From Clostridia bacterium (GTDB taxonomy: Bacteria > Bacillota > Clostridia > Oscillospirales > CAG-272), in contig JAFVTH010000007.1 in assembly GCA_017503285.1 (NCBI GenBank), positions 71,088-135,087 on the forward strand: a stretch of 64,000 nt of DNA, given 5' to 3'. Below the pieces are notes generated by a model. That model made no database searches. It was not told the origin of the DNA and was given only the letters and a program-made list of their open reading frames with translations. Made by a program: the position numbers and the translations under genes. Of this stretch, positions 38,686-48,056 are shown piece by piece. Numbering within the stretch: position 1 is the stretch's first letter; each line of letters begins with the position of its first letter.

Positions 38686-39342
38686 TTATGCCTGTGCGCC
38701 GTAAACCTCAAGATATCTCTTGATACGGTCAACATTTTCCTTATTTTCTTCATTTTCGCTAAGGTATTCAATAATATCATAAACGTCTACAACTGAGTAA
38801 ACAGGGAAGCCGAACTCCTCCTCTATCTCAACCATAGCACCCTTTTGACCCTGACCCTTTTCCTTGCGGTCAACCATTACAAAGGTGGCGGCAACCTTAA
38901 CGCCCTCAACACCCTTCATAATTTCCATTGTCTCACGGATGGCTGTTCCTGCTGTGATAACGTCCTCAACAATAACAACCTCCTCGCCTGCCTGTGGCTT
39001 ATAGCCTACAAAAACACCACCCTCGCCGTGGTCCTTAGCTTCCTTTCTGTTAAAGAAGAATGGAAGGTTTAGCCCATTTTCGGAAAGAGCAACAGATGTA
39101 GAAACTGCAATCGAAATACCCTTGTAAGCAGGACCATAAAGTGCGGCCCTCTTTGTGCCAAGCTTATCAAGATAAGCCTTAGCGTAGAACTGACCAAGCT
39201 TCTTAATATGCTCACCTGTCTTAATCTCGCCGGCATTAATAAAGTATGGTATTTTTCTGCCACTCTTAGCAGTAAAGTCGCCAAACTTCAAAACCCCGGC
39301 ACTCTCTAAAAATTCAATAAATTCTCTCTTGTACTGTTCCAT
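38686..39342 (-). CDS. pyrE: Orotate phosphoribosyltransferase
   Basis: PRPP-binding motif [13 protein letters not shown], with [15 protein letters not shown] at the N-terminus. Confidence 0.92.
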   Translation of the reverse strand: MEQYKREFIEFLESAGVLKFGDFTAKSGRKIPYFINAGEIKTGEHIKKLGQFYAKAYLDKLGTKRAALYGPAYKGISIAVSTSVALSENGLNLPFFFNRKEAKDHGEGGVFVGYKPQAGEEVVIVEDVITAGTAIRETMEIMKGVEGVKVAATFVMVDRKEKGQGQKGAMVEIEEEFGFPVYSVVDVYDIIEYLSENEENKENVDRIKRYLEVYGAQA

Positions 39343-39392
39343 TTTATATCTCCTAAGTTTTATATTAAACCTTGCCCTTTGTCCGCCCTGTA

Positions 39393-40091
39393 TTATCCTA
39401 CAAATTCACTAACGCAGCGTCTATAAGCCGCAACAGGGTCAGCAGCTGCTGTAATTGGTCTGCCAACAACAATGTAGTCGCTACCAATCTTCTTTGCCTC
39501 GGCAGGAGTCATAACTCTAACCTGGTCACCCTTGTCGCCGTCAGCAAAGCGAACACCTGGAGTAACTGTAACAAAGTCCTTGCCACATACATTGTGTACC
39601 TTTTCAGCCTCAAGAGGAGAGCAAACGATGCCTGCAAGGCCTGCCTTCTTTGCGTTTTGCGCATAGTGCATAACAACCTTGTCCATTGGCTCGTTAATAA
39701 GAAGGTCATCTCTCATTCTTTCCTCGCTAGTGGAGGTGAGCTGTGTAACAGCTATAAGAAGAGGGCAGGTGCCGTCCTCACGGGTAAGACCCTCAAGAGC
39801 AGCCTCCATCATAGCAATTGTTCCGCTTGCGTGTACGTTTGTCATATCAACGTCAAGGCGAGAGAGAACAGCCATTGCCTTTTTTACTGTATTTGGAATA
39901 TCGTGGAGCTTCAAATCAAGGAATATCTTGTGTCCACGTCTTTTGATTTCTCTTACGATATCCGGACCCTCTGCATTAAAAAGCTCCATACCGATTTTAA
40001 CAAATGGCTTTTCCTCATTGAAAAGGTCAAGAAAGCTAAAAACCTGCTCCTTGCTTGCAAAATCACAAGCGATAATTACGTCTTTTCCCAT
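39393..40091 (-). CDS. pyrF: Orotidine 5'-phosphate decarboxylase
   Basis: [13 protein letters not shown] motif, VVGRPI near the C-terminus. Confidence 0.92.
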   Translation of the reverse strand: MGKDVIIACDFASKEQVFSFLDLFNEEKPFVKIGMELFNAEGPDIVREIKRRGHKIFLDLKLHDIPNTVKKAMAVLSRLDVDMTNVHASGTIAMMEAALEGLTREDGTCPLLIAVTQLTSTSEERMRDDLLINEPMDKVVMHYAQNAKKAGLAGIVCSPLEAEKVHNVCGKDFVTVTPGVRFADGDKGDQVRVMTPAEAKKIGSDYIVVGRPITAAADPVAAYRRCVSEFVG

Positions 40092-41002
40092 TAGTGTGCT
40101 CCTCCGATTATATCACTTAAATTTTTAATACCGTATTTTTCCATAACACGAGGCAAATCTTCGATAATATTCTTACAAGCATATGGGTCAACAAGGTTAG
40201 CAGCGCCCACCTCAACTGCGCATGCGCCTGCAAGCATCATTTCTATAACATCCTCAGCTGTGGAAATACCGCCGCCGCCAACGATAGGAATATTTACAGC
40301 CTCGTAAACCTGGTAAACCATTCTAATAGCCACAGGCTTAATAGCAGGGCCGGAAAATCCACCCATTTTGTTTGCGATAACCGGCTTTTTGCTCTTCAAA
40401 TCAATTTTCATACCGAGAAGAGTATTTATAAGGCTAATGCCGTCAGCACCTGCAGCCTCGCAAGCCTTGGCAATAGCAACAATATCTGTAACATTAGGGG
40501 AGAGCTTAACAATAACCGGCTTCGTAGTAACCGCCTTAACGGCTCTTACCACCTCAGCAGCAGCCTCGGGAGATGTACCAAAGCTCATACCGCCACCGTG
40601 CACATTTGGACAGCTAACGTTTACCTCGAACCAGCCAATCTGTGGCTCGGAGTCAAGCATTTTGCAGGTATGCACATATTCCTCAACCGAAAAGCCGCTA
40701 ACATTAGCCATAACCGGCTTGAAGAAGCACTTTTTCAGTTTTGGAAGCTCGTTTTCAATAACCTTATCAACGCCAGGGTTTTGAAGTCCCACAGAGTTAA
40801 TAAGACCTCTTTCGCACTCGGCAATTCTTGGTGTAGGGTTGCCAAAGCGAGGGTCCTTGGTTGTTCCCTTAAAGGAAAAGCTGCCAAGAATATTAATATC
40901 ATAAATTTCAGCAAATTCATAGCCGAAGCCGAATGTACCGCTGGCAGGAATAAGAGGATTGTCAAGCTCTATTCCGCAAAGTGAGGTTTTTAAGCTTACC
41001 AT
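40091..41002 (-). CDS. pyrD: Dihydroorotate dehydrogenase (class 1B) catalytic subunit
   Basis: [28 protein letters not shown] motifs. Overlaps pyrK by 7 nt and pyrF by 1 nt. Confidence 0.92.
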   Translation of the reverse strand: MVSLKTSLCGIELDNPLIPASGTFGFGYEFAEIYDINILGSFSFKGTTKDPRFGNPTPRIAECERGLINSVGLQNPGVDKVIENELPKLKKCFFKPVMANVSGFSVEEYVHTCKMLDSEPQIGWFEVNVSCPNVHGGGMSFGTSPEAAAEVVRAVKAVTTKPVIVKLSPNVTDIVAIAKACEAAGADGISLINTLLGMKIDLKSKKPVIANKMGGFSGPAIKPVAIRMVYQVYEAVNIPIVGGGGISTAEDVIEMMLAGACAVEVGAANLVDPYACKNIIEDLPRVMEKYGIKNLSDIIGGAH

Positions 41003-41724
41003 ATAATCTCCTCCTTTTCAAGCACAGGTCCGTCCTTGCAAATACGCTTATTTCCGTACTTTGTCTTGCAGGAGCAGCCCATACAAGCACCAAAGCCACA
41101 GCCCATTCTTTCCTCAAAGCTGAACTGACCGCTTGTTTTGCTCTTATTATAAACAGCCTTTAGCATAGGCTCCGGACCGCAGGTGTAAAAGTAAGTGTAG
41201 TCCACCATATCAAATGCGTCTGTAACAAAGCCCTTAGTACCGTATGTACCGTCAACGGTTGTTACAAAAACCTGTGCGCCAAGGTCCTTAAATTCCTTTT
41301 CGTAAAACACCTCGTCAGCTGAGCCAAAGCCTAAAATAACAGCCGGCTCCTTGCCGTCCCTTACAAGCTCACGGCAAAGCTGATACATAGGTGGCACGCC
41401 TGCGCCACCGCCAACCAAAAGTGGCTTTTGACCGCTTTTTGAGGTGTCATAGCCGTTGCCAAGACCTGTCAGCACCAAAAGCTCAACCCCTGCGCCCATT
41501 TTCGCCATAGCCTCTGTGCCTTGTCCAACCACCTTGTAAATAAGTGTAAGGGCATTACCCTCAACGCAGCAAACGGAGATAGGACGGCGCAGATAGAAGC
41601 CATCAAGCTTGATGTTTACAAACTGACCGCATTTTATATCGCTTGTATCGCCAAGAAGCACCATTTCATAGGTGTTCTTAGCGATTTTTTCGTTAGTTGA
41701 AACCTTAAAAATTAAATCCTTCAT
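40996..41724 (-). CDS. pyrK: Dihydroorotate dehydrogenase electron-transfer subunit
   Basis: FAD/NAD-binding fold and a C-terminal 2Fe-2S Cys cluster CGFGACMGCSC...C. Confidence 0.9.
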   Translation of the reverse strand: MKDLIFKVSTNEKIAKNTYEMVLLGDTSDIKCGQFVNIKLDGFYLRRPISVCCVEGNALTLIYKVVGQGTEAMAKMGAGVELLVLTGLGNGYDTSKSGQKPLLVGGGAGVPPMYQLCRELVRDGKEPAVILGFGSADEVFYEKEFKDLGAQVFVTTVDGTYGTKGFVTDAFDMVDYTYFYTCGPEPMLKAVYNKSKTSGQFSFEERMGCGFGACMGCSCKTKYGNKRICKDGPVLEKEEIIW

Positions 41725-41733
41725 TTTTAGTCC

Positions 41734-44700
41734 TTAAGCGTCAATTGTAGAAATTGTAAGTGTGATTTCCTCAAGAACATCAAGTAAAATTCTTACTGTG
41801 TCAAGTGAGGTAAAGAGAGAAATGTTGTTCTCAATAGCGAGATGACGGATTTGATAGCCATCCTTTTGATTTTGATTGGACGCCTCGTCCTGTCCGTCGC
41901 TTGTGTTGATAACATAAGCGATATGTCCCTGACGCATAGACTCCGGAATGTCGCTGGAGCCTGAGCCAATCTTGTTCTTAACTCTTGTTCTGATGCCATG
42001 CTCCTTTAGGAACTTAGCTGTGCCGGCAGTAGCCTCAATGTTAAAGCCAAGGTTGTAGAAGCGTCTGATAAGAGGTAGTGCCTCCTCCTTGTCGCTGTCA
42101 GCAACGGTAACCAAAACAGTACCGTAGTTTTGTAGCTGCATGCCGGATGCCTGAAGCGCCTTATAGAATGCACGGTTTAGTGTATCGTCGTAGCCAATTG
42201 CCTCGCCGGTGGACTTCATTTCCGGTGATAGGTAAGCATCAACACCGCTAATCTTCTTGTAGGAGAATACAGGCACCTTGCAGTACCATCTCTTCTTTTC
42301 CTGTGGGTAAAGGTCGAAGATGCCAAGCTCCTTTAGTGACTTGCCAAGGATAACCTCTGTTGCAATGTCAGCAAGGCTGTAGCCTGTGGACTTGGAGAGG
42401 AAAGGAACTGTTCTTGATGAACGAGGGTTAACCTCAATGATATATACATCATCGTTAGAGTCAACGATAAACTGAATGTTGAAAAGACCAACAATGCCAA
42501 TGCCAAGACCAAGCTTCTTAGAGTAGGTAAGGATTTTGCCCTTAACCTTGTCGGAGATAGAGAAGGATGGATATACGCTTATAGAGTCACCGGAGTGAAC
42601 GCCTGTTCTTTCAACAAGCTCCATAATACCGGCAACAAATACATCGTGTCCGTCGCAAATTGCGTCAACCTCAACCTCTTTACCTCTGATATAGTGGTCA
42701 ACAAGCACAGGCTTATCTACATCAATTTCAACGGCTGTTCTGAGATAGTGTCTTAATTGCTCCTCGTTGGCAACGAGCTGCATAGCACGGCCACCAAGAA
42801 CGAAGGAAGGACGAACAAGCACAGGATAGCCAACCATAGCCGCAACCTTAACGCCGTCCTCAATGTTTGTAACAGCCTGACCCTTTGGCTGAGGAATGTT
42901 AAGCTCCTCAAGTATCTTTTCAAAGGTATCACGGTTTTCAGCCCTGTCAATAGCCTGACAGTCTGTACCGATAAGCTTAACCCCACGCTCGTAAAGCGGA
43001 GCTGCAAGGTTGATAGCTGTCTGTCCGCCAAGGGAAGCGATAACGCCATCCGGCTTTTCGTATTCAATAACCTCCATAACGTCCTCAACAGTAAGTGGCT
43101 CAAAGTAGAGCTTGTCTGAGGTTGTGTAGTCGGTGGAAACTGTTTCCGGGTTGTTGTTTATGATAATAGCCTCGTAGCCGGACTCCTTAATTGTCTTAAC
43201 TGCGTGAACAGTAGAGTAGTCAAATTCAACGCCCTGACCGATACGGATAGGACCGGCGCCAAGAACGATAATTTTCTTTTTATCTGTAAGAATGGACTGA
43301 TTCTTTCCTTGGTATGAGGAGTAGAAGTAAGGTGTGTAAGCGCCAACGTGGGCTGTGTCAACCATCTTAAAGTTAGGGATTATATTGTTTTCGTGACGGA
43401 AATTATATACATCTCTTTCACATGTGCCCCAAAGCTTAGCAATATATTTGTCGCTAAAGCCCATTTCCTTTGCCTCTTTGAGAAGAGCAGCATTTTTTAC
43501 ATTGTCGGAAAGAGCCTTTTCCATTTTTACAATCTTTTCAAAGGACTTGAGGAAGAACTCTGTAATCTTTGTAATCTGGTGTAGCTCGCTTGTAGCTATG
43601 CCACGGCGCAGAAGCTCGCAAATTGCAAATGCGTTGTCGTCATGGAACTCGTTTATATAACTCTTGATTCGCTCAGTGGTCCATTCATCAAACTTAGCCA
43701 TATGTAGGTGGCAAACACCAATCTCAAGGCTTCTTGCAGACTTAAGCAAGCATTCCTCAAGGTTAGAGCCGATGCCCATACACTCGCCGGTTGCCTTCAT
43801 CTGTGTGCCAAGCTTGTTTGGAACGGTTGTAAACTTGTCAAATGGGAAGCGTGGGAACTTTGCAACAATGTAGTCAAGGGAAGGCTCGAAGGATGCCTTA
43901 GTGCCGGCAACCTCAATCTCATCAAGAGTCATACCGAGAGCAACCTTTGCAGTAACTCTTGCGATAGGATATCCGCTTGCCTTGGAGGCAAGAGCAGAGG
44001 AACGAGAAACCCTTGGGTTAACCTCGATTAGGTAATATTCACTTGTTTCCGGATTAAGAGCAAACTGTACGTTACAGCCACCGGAGATTTTAAGAGCTCT
44101 GATAAGCTTAATGGCACTGCCGTTAAGCATCTTAAGGTCGTGGTCGTTTAGTGTAAGGATAGGAGCAACAACAAGGGAGTCACCGGTGTGAACGCCAACG
44201 GGGTCAATGTTTTCCATACCGCAGATTGTGATTGCATTGTCCTCGCCATCACGCATAACCTCAAACTCAATTTCCTTAAAGCCCTTAACGCTCTTTTCTA
44301 CAAGCACCTGATGAACAGGAGATGCAGCAAGCGCGCCCTCGGCAAGCTCTACATACTCATCCATATTGTAGGCAAAGCCGCCGCCTGTGCCACCAAGGGT
44401 AAATGCAGGACGGAGTACAACAGGAAATCCGATTTTTTCAATAGCAGCCATAGCCTCGTCCATATTGTTAGCAATCTCGGAGGGGATAACAGGCTCGCCG
44501 ATTCTTTGGCAAAGCTCCTTAAACAGCTCTCTGTCCTCAGCCATTTCAATGCTCTTGGAGCTTGTGCCGAGAAGCTCAACGCCGTTTTCCTTCAAAATAC
44601 CCTTCTTTTCAAGCTGCATAGCAAGGTTAAGACCTGTCTGTCCACCAATACCGGGAACGATAGCGTCAGGACGCTCGTGTCTGATAATCTTAGCCACATA

Positions 44701-44916
44701 TTCAAGTGTAAGCGGCTCCATATATACCTTATCAGCGATAACTGTATCAGTCATAATTGTAGCAGGGTTTGAGTTTACAAGAATAACCTCATAGCCCTCC
44801 TCCTTAAGCGCAAGACACGCCTGTGTGCCTGCGTAGTCGAACTCAGCAGCCTGACCGATAACGATAGGGCCTGAGCCGATAATCATAACTCTTTTGATGT
44901 CTGTTCTTTTTGCCAT
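41734..44916 (-). CDS. carB: Carbamoyl-phosphate synthase large subunit
   Basis: 1060 aa with duplicated ATP-grasp halves (IIGSGPIVIGQAAEFDYAGTQA / VLGAGPIRIGQGVEFDYSTVHA) and a C-terminal MGS-like domain. Confidence 0.97.
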   Translation of the reverse strand: MAKRTDIKRVMIIGSGPIVIGQAAEFDYAGTQACLALKEEGYEVILVNSNPATIMTDTVIADKVYMEPLTLEYVAKIIRHERPDAIVPGIGGQTGLNLAMQLEKKGILKENGVELLGTSSKSIEMAEDRELFKELCQRIGEPVIPSEIANNMDEAMAAIEKIGFPVVLRPAFTLGGTGGGFAYNMDEYVELAEGALAASPVHQVLVEKSVKGFKEIEFEVMRDGEDNAITICGMENIDPVGVHTGDSLVVAPILTLNDHDLKMLNGSAIKLIRALKISGGCNVQFALNPETSEYYLIEVNPRVSRSSALASKASGYPIARVTAKVALGMTLDEIEVAGTKASFEPSLDYIVAKFPRFPFDKFTTVPNKLGTQMKATGECMGIGSNLEECLLKSARSLEIGVCHLHMAKFDEWTTERIKSYINEFHDDNAFAICELLRRGIATSELHQITKITEFFLKSFEKIVKMEKALSDNVKNAALLKEAKEMGFSDKYIAKLWGTCERDVYNFRHENNIIPNFKMVDTAHVGAYTPYFYSSYQGKNQSILTDKKKIIVLGAGPIRIGQGVEFDYSTVHAVKTIKESGYEAIIINNNPETVSTDYTTSDKLYFEPLTVEDVMEVIEYEKPDGVIASLGGQTAINLAAPLYERGVKLIGTDCQAIDRAENRDTFEKILEELNIPQPKGQAVTNIEDGVKVAAMVGYPVLVRPSFVLGGRAMQLVANEEQLRHYLRTAVEIDVDKPVLVDHYIRGKEVEVDAICDGHDVFVAGIMELVERTGVHSGDSISVYPSFSISDKVKGKILTYSKKLGLGIGIVGLFNIQFIVDSNDDVYIIEVNPRSSRTVPFLSKSTGYSLADIATEVILGKSLKELGIFDLYPQEKKRWYCKVPVFSYKKISGVDAYLSPEMKSTGEAIGYDDTLNRAFYKALQASGMQLQNYGTVLVTVADSDKEEALPLIRRFYNLGFNIEATAGTAKFLKEHGIRTRVKNKIGSGSSDIPESMRQGHIAYVINTSDGQDEASNQNQKDGYQIRHLAIENNISLFTSLDTVRILLDVLEEITLTISTIDA

Positions 44917-44952
44917 CTTCTTTTTCTCCTTAAATCTATCTCTCTTTAAATT

Positions 44953-46149
44953 TTATACCGGTTTATTGTTGGCAACCACAGCCTGTCCGTCCTTAACGGT
45001 AAGCAGGCACTGTCCGTAAAGCTCCATACCCTCAAATGGCGTAGCCTTACCCATTGACATAAAGGTGCTTGGGTCAACCACAAGCCTTTTGTCAAGGTCG
45101 AATACTGTATATGAATTGCCAAGAGGAATACCAAATCTTTTCCTTGCATTATAGCAAAGCAGGTCAAGTAGCCTTTCCATGGTAATTTCCCCTGTCTTAA
45201 CAAAGTAGGTGTACATAACCGCAAATGCAGTTTCAAGACCCACAACACCCATTTTACTGTCCTTTAAGCCAAGGGACTTTTCCTCGGCACTGTGTGGTGC
45301 GTGGTCGGTGGCAATCATATCAATTGTGCCGTCCTTTATACCCTCAACAAGCGCAAGCCTGTCCGCCTCGCTTCTTATAGGTGGGTTCATCTTAAACCTG
45401 CCCTCGTCCTTTATCATCATATCGTTAAAGACAAGGTAGTGCGGACCTGTTTCGCAGGTGATATCAACGCCGTCTGCCTTTGCCTGCCTTATAAGCTCAA
45501 CGCTTTCCCTTGTGGAAATGTGGCAAACGTGATATTTACAGCCTGTTTTTCTTGCCAGCTCTATATCTCTCTTTATCTGTCCCCACTCACTCTCGGAGCA
45601 AATGCCCTTCATATTATGAAGCCTTGCAAATTCTCCGTCGTGAATGTAGCCACCCTTAAGCAGGTCGTTTATTTCACAATGGGCAACGATAATCTTGTCA
45701 AGCGCCCTTGCCTTTAGCATAGCCCTTTCCATCATTTCATCGCTTTGCACCCCTCGACCGTCATCGGAGTAGGCAACACAAAGGTCCCTCATCCCCTCAA
45801 GGTCGCTAAGCGCCTGCCCCTGTTGCCCGACTGTAATGGAGGCATATGGATAAACGCCGATTTTGGCATCTCTTTTAATAATATCAAGCTGCGCCTTAAG
45901 ATTTTCAACCGAATCCGGCACAGGGTTAAGATTTGGCATAGTGCACACATCTGTATAGCCACCGTTTGCCCCCGCTAAAGAGCCTGACAAAATAGTCTCT
46001 TTATAAGAAAAGCCCGGCTCTCTGAAGTGAACATGCACATCACAAAAACCGGGAAAAATAACAATATTTGAATTAGCAAAATCAGCGCTATGGGGAATAG
46101 TGGCACTTACAAATTGTTCATCAACATGAAAGCTAGTGTAATTTTTCAT
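44953..46149 (-). CDS. pyrC: Dihydroorotase
   Basis: DVHVHFREPG and ATDHAPH motifs. ATG 46149 follows AAGGAGGG. The upstream extension in the ORF track is unlikely. Confidence 0.92.
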   Translation of the reverse strand: MKNYTSFHVDEQFVSATIPHSADFANSNIVIFPGFCDVHVHFREPGFSYKETILSGSLAGANGGYTDVCTMPNLNPVPDSVENLKAQLDIIKRDAKIGVYPYASITVGQQGQALSDLEGMRDLCVAYSDDGRGVQSDEMMERAMLKARALDKIIVAHCEINDLLKGGYIHDGEFARLHNMKGICSESEWGQIKRDIELARKTGCKYHVCHISTRESVELIRQAKADGVDITCETGPHYLVFNDMMIKDEGRFKMNPPIRSEADRLALVEGIKDGTIDMIATDHAPHSAEEKSLGLKDSKMGVVGLETAFAVMYTYFVKTGEITMERLLDLLCYNARKRFGIPLGNSYTVFDLDKRLVVDPSTFMSMGKATPFEGMELYGQCLLTVKDGQAVVANNKPV

Positions 46150-46170
46150 TTGTAGGCCCTCCTTATAGCA

Positions 46171-46272
46171 ATAAAAAAATCTTGTCCTGCGACAAGATTG
46201 CACAAAACCGCTACACCAAAGGTGTAGGCACGGCTATAAAATTACAAATCTTGTCGACATCTCTGTATCGAC
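46171..46272 (-). promoter_or_regulatory. Transcription attenuator in the pyr leader (three mutually exclusive hairpins)
   Basis: Minus strand: hairpin GTCGA-TACAGAGATG-TCGAC. Its 3' arm plus AAGATT (CGACAAGATT) can instead pair with AATCTTGTCG as an antiterminator. The terminator is AATCTTGTC-GCAG-GACAAGATT plus T7. Confidence 0.6.
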
Positions 46273-46289
46273 CTTAAAGATCATAATGT

Positions 46290-46318
46290 ATTATAGCAGA
46301 AGATAATTATTTTGTCAA
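46290..46318 (-). promoter_or_regulatory. Sigma-A-type promoter of the pyr operon
   Basis: Minus strand: TTGACA, 17 nt, TATAAT (perfect consensus). Confidence 0.75.
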
Positions 46319-46361
46319 TATATTATTAACAACTATTTTTAATTTTTTATACGTGTATGCG

Positions 46362-46390
46362 TTGACAGGCATACGTGCATGTGCTAAAAT
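46362..46390 (+). promoter_or_regulatory. Sigma-A-type promoter of the MORN-repeat gene
   Basis: TTGACA, 17 nt, TAAAAT. The -35 element is bracketed by the inverted repeat GTATGC/GCATAC. Confidence 0.65.
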
Positions 46391-46418
46391 ATAATGAAAG
46401 CATTTTAAGGAGTCTATT

Positions 46419-47948
46419 ATGGCAGAATATATTAAAATCACATTAGATAACGGAGATATTTACGAGGGCGAGGTTGAAAACAGCGTTCCTCACGGAAACG
46501 GCACCTACACCTGGGCAAGCGGCAAGAAATACGAGGGTGCGTGGGTAAACAATGTACAACAGGGCTTTGGCGTTTTGACCCTTCCATCCGGCGCTACATA
46601 TACAGGTAACTTTGAAAACAATCTACCTCACGGCTATGGCGAGTACAAAATGGCAGACGGCGCATTTTACGCAGGCAACTTTTGCGAGGGTGTAAGAACG
46701 GGCAACGGCGCTATCACCTTTGCAAACGGAAACAAGTACGAGGGCGAGTTTAGAAATAATGCAATATCCGGCTATGGCGTTTTTGAGTACGTAAACGGCG
46801 ACAAGTACGAGGGCGAGGTTGAAAACGGCACAAAAAACGGCCACGGCATTTATACCTGCGCAAACGGTAATACCTTTGAGGGCGAATATGTAAATGGCGC
46901 AAGAGAGGGCTATGGCATTGAGAGATTTGCCAATGGCGAGGGCTATGAGGGTATGTTTGTGGCTGGAAAAATGGAGGGTCACGGCATTTACACCTACGAA
47001 AGCGGCTGCAAGTATGATGGCGAATTTGTCGGTGGCGTAAAGAGTGGCTATGGAGAGGAAACCTTCCAAAACGGCGACTCATATAAGGGCGAGTACAAAA
47101 ACGGCTCAAGAAACGGTCACGGTGTGTACACTTATTCATCCGGCGGTTATTATGAGGGCGGCTATGAAAACGACAAGCGTAATGGCTTTGGCGTTGAAGT
47201 ATACTCAAACGGCGACAGATATGAGGGAGAATATAAGGCCGGCATAAGACACGGCGCAGGCACATATTTCTTTGCAAACGGCTGTTACTTCAAGGGCACG
47301 TATGTTGACGGTAAAAGAGATGGCTATGGCGAGGAAACCTACGAGGGTGGTGGAACCTTTGCAGGCAGCTTTGCAAATGGTAAAAGAGAGGGCTACGGCA
47401 AGGAAACCATGCCAAATGGCGATGTGTTCGAGGGCGACTATGTAGATGGCAAGAGAAACGGCACAGGTAAGTATACTTACGCAAACGGATGCTCCTACGA
47501 GGGTGGCTACAAAAACGGAAAGAGAAATGGCCGCGGCAAGGAAATATTTGTCTCCGGAGACTCTTTTGATGGAAATTTTGAAGATGGCTTAAGATGCGGC
47601 TTAGGCACATATTACTACAAGGACGGAGCAATCTTTGTTGGCGAATATAAAAACGACAAGCGTAACGGCTATGGAAAGGAATCCTTTGTTGACGGTAGCT
47701 ACTACGAGGGTAACTATGTAGACGGCAAGAGAAACGGCATAGGCAAATATGTTTACGCAAACGGTGGCTCCTACGAGGGCGGCTACGCAAACGACCAAAG
47801 GGATGGCTACGGCAAGGAGATTATGCCAAATGGCGACACCTTTGAGGGCGAGTATAAAAACGGAAAGCGCAACGGCTTTGGCATCTACACCTTCAAGAGT
47901 GGACACACAATTGAGGGTATGTGGGAAAACGGCAGAAGTGTAGGTTGA
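46419..47948 (+). CDS. MORN-repeat protein (about 21-22 tandem 23-residue repeats, no other domain)
   Basis: Continuous Y.G.(W/F/Y).NG.R.G.G....NG..YEG repeats from residue 12 or so to the C-terminus. No signal peptide or TM helix. Confidence 0.85.
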   Translation: MAEYIKITLDNGDIYEGEVENSVPHGNGTYTWASGKKYEGAWVNNVQQGFGVLTLPSGATYTGNFENNLPHGYGEYKMADGAFYAGNFCEGVRTGNGAITFANGNKYEGEFRNNAISGYGVFEYVNGDKYEGEVENGTKNGHGIYTCANGNTFEGEYVNGAREGYGIERFANGEGYEGMFVAGKMEGHGIYTYESGCKYDGEFVGGVKSGYGEETFQNGDSYKGEYKNGSRNGHGVYTYSSGGYYEGGYENDKRNGFGVEVYSNGDRYEGEYKAGIRHGAGTYFFANGCYFKGTYVDGKRDGYGEETYEGGGTFAGSFANGKREGYGKETMPNGDVFEGDYVDGKRNGTGKYTYANGCSYEGGYKNGKRNGRGKEIFVSGDSFDGNFEDGLRCGLGTYYYKDGAIFVGEYKNDKRNGYGKESFVDGSYYEGNYVDGKRNGIGKYVYANGGSYEGGYANDQRDGYGKEIMPNGDTFEGEYKNGKRNGFGIYTFKSGHTIEGMWENGRSVG

Positions 47949-48056
47949 TTTTGTACAAAATTACAAAATAAGACACAAAAACCCTTTCTCATAAAAAAAT
48001 TTTTGTGCAAAAATATTAAAAAATGTTGACATATCATTGACAAGGGCATTGAAAAT

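Noticed and set aside
39372-40094. A 240-aa plus-strand ORF covering the whole of pyrF on the opposite strand. Similar long antisense ORFs lie at 44188..44772 and 44387..44794 (carB), 21959..22507 (oadA), 30886..31395 (rsmG), 60171..60647 (M42), 4028..4525 (rny) and 2297..2881 (NUDIX).
   Set aside because: Each lies entirely antisense to a gene with strong family motifs. Their translations are Cys/Ser/Leu/Asn-rich low-information sequence with no RBS or recognisable motif. Such shadow ORFs are expected from the codon bias seen here.
46623-47906. Several 100-175-aa minus-strand ORFs (46623..47069, 46750..47277, 47290..47790, 47601..47906) with repetitive Arg/Cys/His-rich translations.
   Set aside because: They are the antisense image of the 69-bp-periodic MORN repeat gene. 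The periodicity of the sense strand explains why they stay open.
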